Shown here piece by piece: positions 58,816-64,000 of a stretch of 64,000 nt of DNA (position 1 is its first letter; each line of letters begins with the position of its first letter). Origin of the DNA: Candidatus Eiseniibacteriota bacterium (GTDB lineage: Bacteria; Eisenbacteria; RBG-16-71-46; CAIMUX01; VGJL01); assembly GCA_041946735.1 (NCBI GenBank), contig JBHGAY010000007.1:100504-164503 (forward strand), read 5' to 3'. Under the pieces are notes generated by a model. It saw only the letters and a list, made by a program, of their open reading frames with translations, had not been told where the DNA came from and ran no database searches. Position numbers and translations under genes: made by a program.

Positions 58816-59226
58816 ATGCAGACCGAACCGAACGTCACGAGCTGGCACACGCCACCGGAGCTGACCGGCCAGGCAATCGCCGTGGCCTACGGCCAGGACG
58901 ACGAAGGCGGATGTTGGGAGAGGACAGCGGACCGAAGCGGACCCGAGACGAGTTACCGGTATCTCGGCCACGTTTCGGAGATCCGTGGCGCGTGGGAGCC
59001 GTGGCAGCGGCAGCCCGACGCGGCGCAGATCGACGCCCGGATCGAGTGGGACGGCCGCGGCTCGTTGGCGATGATCCGCCCGCTCACTGACGACGCGCAC
59101 GATTGGCTCCGCGAGAACCTCGCGGACTCCGCCGTATGGGTTCAGGGAGCTGTTGTCCTCGAGCCGCGGTTTCTCCAGGCGATCGTGAGCGACATGAACG
59201 ACGCCGGCTTGCAGGTTCGCAACTGA
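58816..59226 (+). CDS. Hypothetical protein
   Basis: RBS AAGGAGG before ATG 58816 (alternative ATGA-coupled start 58747). Confidence 0.65.
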   Translation: MQTEPNVTSWHTPPELTGQAIAVAYGQDDEGGCWERTADRSGPETSYRYLGHVSEIRGAWEPWQRQPDAAQIDARIEWDGRGSLAMIRPLTDDAHDWLRENLADSAVWVQGAVVLEPRFLQAIVSDMNDAGLQVRN

Positions 59227-59283
59227 CTGACCCGGGGCGCTCGCCCGCCGGGGCGCCCCGACTCTTACGGGGAGGACAAGGCC

Positions 59284-60510
59284 GTGAAGAAGCGCAAGGA
59301 GTTCACTGACGTTGCCGTCCGCAACCTGAAACCGAAGGCGGAGCGGTACGAAGTGTGGGAGGAGAAGGGCGCCGGCCTCGGGATCCGCGTCTCCCCCCTC
59401 GGGACGAAGACATGGGTCTTCACCTACCGCGCCGCCGGCAAGCCCCGATTCATGACGCTCGGCCGCTACCCGGAGACCACCGTCGAGAAGGCCCACGAGC
59501 TCCACGCGAAGCACCGCCGCGAAGTGGCCGAAGGAGCGGACCCGGGCGCCGCGAAGGTGCGCCAGGCGCAAGCGGAGCGGGGCGCTCCCACAGTGGCAAC
59601 CGTAGTGGAGGAGTACATCGCCCGCTACGCCGAGCCCCGCAAGCGGAGCTGGCAAGGCGATGCTCGCATCCTCCGCGCCGAGGTGCTCGGCATCACCGAG
59701 CGCGAGGACATCGGACCCGCGCAGCCGTGGGGTACGCGCAAGGCGAAGGACATCACCCGACGCGACGTGCTCGAACTGCTCGACGGGATCGTGAACCGCG
59801 GAGCGCCGATCATGGCGAACCGCACCTTCGCAGCTCTGCGCAAGATGTTCGCGTGGGCCGTCACGCGGGACCTCGTGCCCGCGTCTCCATGCGTCGGTAT
59901 CGAGCGGCCGGCCGAGGAGCGGCAGCGGGACCGCGTGCTGACGCCGGCGGAGCTCGCGACGCTCTGGCAGGCCCTCGAGTCGCTCCCTGCTACAGATCGA
60001 GTCCCGCAGGCCCTACGGCTGGCGATCGCCACGGCGCAGCGTATTGGAGAGATCCTAGGAGCGACCTGGCAGGAGTTCGACTTCGATGCCGGATGGTGGA
60101 CGATCCCCGCGGAGCGGTCGAAGAACGGGCTCGCTCACCGCGTCCCGCTCACGAGGACCTCGAGGCGGATCCTGCAAGATGCCCGGCTCGTGCTCACGAG
60201 TGACGAGCTCGTCTTTGCCTCCCCCCGCGGCGGCGCCCTCGATCGCTGCGCCCCGTCTCACTGGACCCGCCGCAACGCCCCGGCCCTCGAGCTCGCCCCG
60301 TTCACGCCGCACGATTTGCGGCGCACCGCGGCGAGCGGGATGACGGCGCTCGGCGTCCCCCGTCTCGTGGTGGGCCGGATCCTGAACCACGCGGAGCGCG
60401 GCGTGACCGCCGTGTACGACCGCTACGCCTACGACCGGGAGAAGCTCGAGGCCCTGACCGCGTGGAGCGATCGCCTCGAGCAGCTCGCCAGGAAGGAGCG
60501 GAGAGCATGA
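59284..60510 (+). CDS. Tyrosine integrase (P4-like, N-terminal arm-binding domain)
   Basis: GLGIRVSPLGTKTWVFTYR...TLGRYP; catalytic QRIGEI, SKNG, HDLRRT, LNH, VYDRY. Confidence 0.95.
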   Translation: MKKRKEFTDVAVRNLKPKAERYEVWEEKGAGLGIRVSPLGTKTWVFTYRAAGKPRFMTLGRYPETTVEKAHELHAKHRREVAEGADPGAAKVRQAQAERGAPTVATVVEEYIARYAEPRKRSWQGDARILRAEVLGITEREDIGPAQPWGTRKAKDITRRDVLELLDGIVNRGAPIMANRTFAALRKMFAWAVTRDLVPASPCVGIERPAEERQRDRVLTPAELATLWQALESLPATDRVPQALRLAIATAQRIGEILGATWQEFDFDAGWWTIPAERSKNGLAHRVPLTRTSRRILQDARLVLTSDELVFASPRGGALDRCAPSHWTRRNAPALELAPFTPHDLRRTAASGMTALGVPRLVVGRILNHAERGVTAVYDRYAYDREKLEALTAWSDRLEQLARKERRA

Positions 60511-61412
60511 CGGACGAGAGCCCCCAACCCCCGGACGCGCCGATCCTCTCGAGCTGGACATACGACCGACGCGAAGCGGACACCGAGAAGATCCTCGCAG
60601 GCTTCCCCGGCGGCGCCGCCGGTCTCCTCAAGGCGGTCTCGATCGCCGGCCTTCGGTACGTCCTCCGTGACGCCTCGCCCCTCGCAGGATTGAGTCCCGA
60701 CGCGTGGGCCGCCTTCATCGCGACCCTCGACGAGTGGCGCCTCGGCTGCCGCGCCCGCGCGAAGTACGCCATCCCCGGCCGCGAAGACCACGTGTTCAGT
60801 CTCGACGAAGCCTTCTATCTGCCGAAGCGTACGGCCCTGCCGGCGCCGGCCGCGCACCATGAGACGATCGAGCGGCGCATCATCAGCCTAGTGGACGCCA
60901 ACCGGAAGCTCCGGCCGGGCGAGAAGCTCGAGGACTTGAACCACTGGCAAGTCTACCAGCGGATCCGGGATCACCTGGACGACACGCCCGCGGATGGATT
61001 GCCCACGCAAGGCAAGGGCTCGGTCTATGCGGCTGTGGCCGCGAAGATCGCCGAGGAGTTCGGAGTCGAGATGAAGCCGCGGACCGTCCGGGCGATCTTC
61101 GAGTCGCAGGACGAGCGACCCCGCCGGCGCCGGCTCGCCGAGAAGCTCGAGGCCACGGCCGGACAGACCACCGAGGAGGACGGACGGAAGATTCTCGCGC
61201 TCGCCGAAAAGCTGGCGCGGTCTCTGCACGTCCCGGATCGGCTACGCGATGAGGCCATCTCCGCCGCGACGGATGCCGCGATCGCCGCCGGCGCGAACTA
61301 CGATCCATCCCGCGGCGACCTCGAGAAGTGGCGCCGCGTCAAGGCGCGCGGGGCCGTGAAAGACGTTCTCCGACAGGATCGCAAGCGGCGCACCCGGGAG
61401 GAGCGGCTCTAA
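60507..61412 (+). CDS. Hypothetical protein with HTH-like segment and C-terminal sigma70 region-2-like segment
   Basis: ATGA-coupled to the integrase; ...AIAAGANYDPSRGDLEKWRRVKARGAVKDVLR. Confidence 0.65.
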   Translation: MTDESPQPPDAPILSSWTYDRREADTEKILAGFPGGAAGLLKAVSIAGLRYVLRDASPLAGLSPDAWAAFIATLDEWRLGCRARAKYAIPGREDHVFSLDEAFYLPKRTALPAPAAHHETIERRIISLVDANRKLRPGEKLEDLNHWQVYQRIRDHLDDTPADGLPTQGKGSVYAAVAAKIAEEFGVEMKPRTVRAIFESQDERPRRRRLAEKLEATAGQTTEEDGRKILALAEKLARSLHVPDRLRDEAISAATDAAIAAGANYDPSRGDLEKWRRVKARGAVKDVLRQDRKRRTREERL

Positions 61413-61550
61413 CCGAACCCGCTCCCGCTCCTCCTGCCCCCTCCTCCCCACTTTCGTGAGTTTGTCAGACACCCCCCCCCACCCCCCTTGCCAAACGACA
61501 GAGGGATAGAACGCAACGCGCCGCCGCGGGCGGCAAGGAGGGAGTGAAAG

Positions 61551-61748
61551 ATGCCAGAGCAGATTCGGCGAGCGGTGCGGCTGGACGAGGTGACCCGCCT
61601 GACCGCCCTATCCAAGTCCTCGATCCGCCGCCTCCGAAAGGAAGGATCCTTCCCCCGGCCGTTCCGGCTCAGCGAGCGAGCAATCGCGTGGGACGAGGCC
61701 GAAGTGCTCGGTTGGCTCGCCGCGCGCAAGGCCGCGTCCGGCCGATGA
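61551..61748 (+). CDS. alpA: AlpA-family phage regulator
   Basis: VRLDEVTRLTALSKSSIRRLRKEGSFPRPFRLSERAIAWDEAEVLGWL; RBS AAGGAGGGAG. Confidence 0.92.
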   Translation: MPEQIRRAVRLDEVTRLTALSKSSIRRLRKEGSFPRPFRLSERAIAWDEAEVLGWLAARKAASGR

Positions 61749-61951
61749 GCGCCGCCCGGCCGCCGGCCTACCTCGAGAAGATCGCGCGGCTCACCCGCGA
61801 TCTGCCGCGCGGGTCGCTCGCTCACGTCGAAGTGCTGCACGATGACGACTGCCCGATGCTCCGCGGCAAGCGCCGATGCACCTGCGATCCTGACGTGCGC
61901 CTCGTGTACCAGGACCCGCTCGAGAGGAGGCGCGACGATGAGCGCCACTGA
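61745..61951 (+). CDS. Small hypothetical protein with an H-x3-C...C-x-C motif
   Basis: ATGA-coupled to alpA; VLHDDDCPMLRGKRRCTCDPDV. Confidence 0.65.
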   Translation: MSAARPPAYLEKIARLTRDLPRGSLAHVEVLHDDDCPMLRGKRRCTCDPDVRLVYQDPLERRRDDERH

Positions 61952-63827
61952 CACAACGACCGGCAACGCTCTGCGCGATGCGGCGCGCGACTACGCCTCG
62001 CGCGGCTGGTCGGTATTCCCATGCGAACCGCGCGGCAAGCGCCCTCTCGCGCGGCTCGTGCCCCACGGACTGAAGGACGCGACCACCGACGAGGAGAAGA
62101 TCCGCGCATGGTGGTCTGCGCAGCCGGACGCGAACGTCGCCGTTGTGACCGGGGAGGCATCCGGGCTGTTCGTGGTCGACGTGGACGCGAAGCACGATGG
62201 CGAGCACGAGCTCGCCCGCCTGATCGACCTCCACGGCTCCTATCCCGACACGGTAGAGGCCGCGACAGGAGGCGGCGGTCGACACTACTTCTTCAAACAC
62301 CCCGGCCCGGCTGGCCGATGCACGACAAGCAAGCTCGCTCCCGGCATCGACACGAAGGGCGAAGGCGGATACGTCCTCGTGGCGCCCTCCATCCATCCGA
62401 ACGGCAACCCGTACCTATGGGTCCTCGAATCGCATCCGAGCGTGCTCAAGCCCGCCGACCCGCCCGATTGGATCCTCGAGCTGCTGCGCGCGCCGGAGGC
62501 GACCGAGACCAAGCCGACGTCCGACCAGAGGATCCCGGCCGGTCAGCGCAACGCAACGCTCGCCAGCATGGGCGGGACGCTGCGCCGCGCGGGATTCGGC
62601 GGCGGAGCGATCGAGGCGGCCCTCCTCGAGACCAACGCGACACGATGCGACCCGGCGCTCGGGGCGCGCGAAGTAGTCGCGATCGCTCGCTCGATCGAAC
62701 GCTATCCGGCCAGAGAGATCCGCGTGGTCGAGACCGAAGCACGCCCGCAGCCGGTCGACTTCGCCTCGATCCTCAAGCATGGACTCCCGCCCGTGCCGTG
62801 GATCCTGCGGGGCTGGCTCGCCGAAGGCGACATTCTCACAATCTCCGGCGCTCCCTACTCCGGCAAGACGACGACGGCCTATGCGCTCGCCCTGGCGCTC
62901 GCCCACGGCACGCCCTGGCTCGGCCTACAACCGACCGCGCGGGTGCGGGTGCTCATCGTCGATGAGGAGATGGGCCAGCGCCGCGCCGCCCGGCTCCTAC
63001 TCCGATCGAACGGCATGAAAGAACCGGACCGGGACTGGCTCCGCATGTTCTGCGAGAAGGGACTCAACCTGACGATCGGAGCCGCGCGCCTCGAGCGTGA
63101 GATCGAGGACTTCAGACCCGACGTCACCATTCTCGACTCGATGACGAAGATGCTCGTCGGCATCGCCAACGAGAACGACGCGATGCAGGTTGCGCCCGCC
63201 TTCAGCCGCATGAAGGATCTGCGAGCCGCCTACGGCACCGGCTTCGCCGTTGTCGACCACTGTGGCAAGCCCCGGGAGGCGACCGTCGCCACCCTCTCGC
63301 CCTCTGATCTGCTCTACCGCGCAACCCGGGGCTCGAGCGTGAAGCAGTCAGAGCCCGATGCGATCTTTCTGCAATCGGGCGCCGGGCTCGGGCTCGCCGA
63401 CTTGACGCAAGTGAAGCGCCGGGAGTCGGGGCTCATCTCCGTCCGCATCGGGTACACCGAGGACGGCGAGGACGGACCGATCGAGCTCTCCAACCGAGGC
63501 ACGCCCGATGCCGAGCTCACCGCCGAGACCCGCGCCGCGCGATGGATCGTCGCGCACCTGGCCGACGTCGGGGAGGCTCGTCGGAGCTCCATCGTCACCG
63601 CCGCGAAGGCAGCCGGCTTCTCTGACGGAGTGGCCGAACGGGCCGTCCGCGGGCTCCGAGACAGAGGCGAAATCGAGCAGCCGCAGAGACGGGCTCCATA
63701 CAGGCTGGCGCAACGGTTGGCGCAACCTGAACCTGGCGCAACGCTGGCGCAACGGGATGCCTTCGATGCCTACGCGGAGCACGAAGAAACCGCCGCAAAG
63801 CCAACGAGAGGCTTTGATTGTGACTGA
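61938..63827 (+). CDS. Bifunctional primase-polymerase, PriCT-1 and AAA_25/RepA-like helicase
   Basis: GWSVFPC, DATTD, VVDVD, TGGGGRHYFF, GGYVLVAPSIHPNG; GQRNATL; GAPYSGKTT, ILDS; RBS GAGGAGG. Confidence 0.92.
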   Translation: MSATDTTTGNALRDAARDYASRGWSVFPCEPRGKRPLARLVPHGLKDATTDEEKIRAWWSAQPDANVAVVTGEASGLFVVDVDAKHDGEHELARLIDLHGSYPDTVEAATGGGGRHYFFKHPGPAGRCTTSKLAPGIDTKGEGGYVLVAPSIHPNGNPYLWVLESHPSVLKPADPPDWILELLRAPEATETKPTSDQRIPAGQRNATLASMGGTLRRAGFGGGAIEAALLETNATRCDPALGAREVVAIARSIERYPAREIRVVETEARPQPVDFASILKHGLPPVPWILRGWLAEGDILTISGAPYSGKTTTAYALALALAHGTPWLGLQPTARVRVLIVDEEMGQRRAARLLLRSNGMKEPDRDWLRMFCEKGLNLTIGAARLEREIEDFRPDVTILDSMTKMLVGIANENDAMQVAPAFSRMKDLRAAYGTGFAVVDHCGKPREATVATLSPSDLLYRATRGSSVKQSEPDAIFLQSGAGLGLADLTQVKRRESGLISVRIGYTEDGEDGPIELSNRGTPDAELTAETRAARWIVAHLADVGEARRSSIVTAAKAAGFSDGVAERAVRGLRDRGEIEQPQRRAPYRLAQRLAQPEPGATLAQRDAFDAYAEHEETAAKPTRGFDCD

Positions 63828-63956
63828 TCGAGCCAACCGAGCCGCCCCGTCCGAACCTGGCGCAACGCTGGCGCCAACACAGGTCATTGCGCCAAACTCC
63901 GCCCCCCTAATAGGGGGGGAGTTGGCGCAACGGGTGGCGCAACCGAATGGCGCAAC
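63706..63956. repeat. Iteron cluster / putative replication origin
   Basis: TGGCGCAAC at 63706, 63718, 63734, 63745, 63858, 63923, 63935 and 63948; variant at 63869; inverted copy at 63887; CCCCCCTA-A-TAGGGGGG palindrome at 63902-63918. Confidence 0.85.
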
Positions 63957-64000
63957 CGAACGAGACAGCAGAACCGACCCGCCGCTCGAGTGCGGCAGCC

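Larger units (their letters stand above)
58137..64000. mobile_element. Integrated phage-satellite-like element (PICI/P4-like gene set), continues beyond the window
   Basis: tRNA-fragment att, tyrosine integrase, AlpA, Prim-Pol/helicase, iteron cluster; no structural genes in view. Confidence 0.85.

Noticed and set aside
61472..61487. Poly-C tract upstream of alpA as a phase-variation switch
   Set aside because: Interrupted tract with no clear promoter spacing dependent on it; cannot be supported from one sequence

Overview
GC-rich chromosomal window from a diderm bacterium. The C-terminal sorting motifs and gene set suggest an FCB-related candidate lineage such as Ca. Eisenbacteria; this is inference, not a search result. 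Left to right: (1) an exosortase/PEP-CTERM exopolysaccharide locus (exosortase 5' end, Wzc, Wza-like, a CapD/PglF-type dehydratase fused to a degenerate phosphoglycosyl-transferase domain, and two paralogous exported proteins with different C-terminal tags); (2) an extended TonB-ExbB-ExbD-ExbD operon with two coiled-coil proteins, a PstS-like protein, a TPR protein and a STAS protein; (3) a GldAFG-like ABC/DUF4340 operon, an MltD-like transglycosylase, proS, a SpoIVB/S55 protease plus beta-propeller pair, GT2, an OMP and a cN-II nucleotidase; (4) a signalling cassette of FG-GAP protein, degenerate Ser/Thr kinase-NTPase-TPR protein and GAF-sigma54 activator, followed by two sigma54-type promoters in front of an unannotated 22-aa hydrophobic peptide ORF and a ZU5-like lipoprotein; (5) glycosyltransferases, a site-2 protease, an ABC pair, a TyrA-DUF2007 fusion, maeB, mrp, trmB and an HTH-DUF2087 gene sharing one apparent frameshift, and an in-frame dCMP-deaminase-ClpP ORF; (6) from about 58137, the left part of a phage-satellite-like element next to a tRNA-Ala(GGC) 3' fragment (integrase, sigma-region-2-like protein, AlpA, Prim-Pol/helicase, iteron cluster). 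Many ORF-track starts were trimmed to RBS- or overlap-supported starts. All family calls come from motif recognition by eye; no database searches were run.
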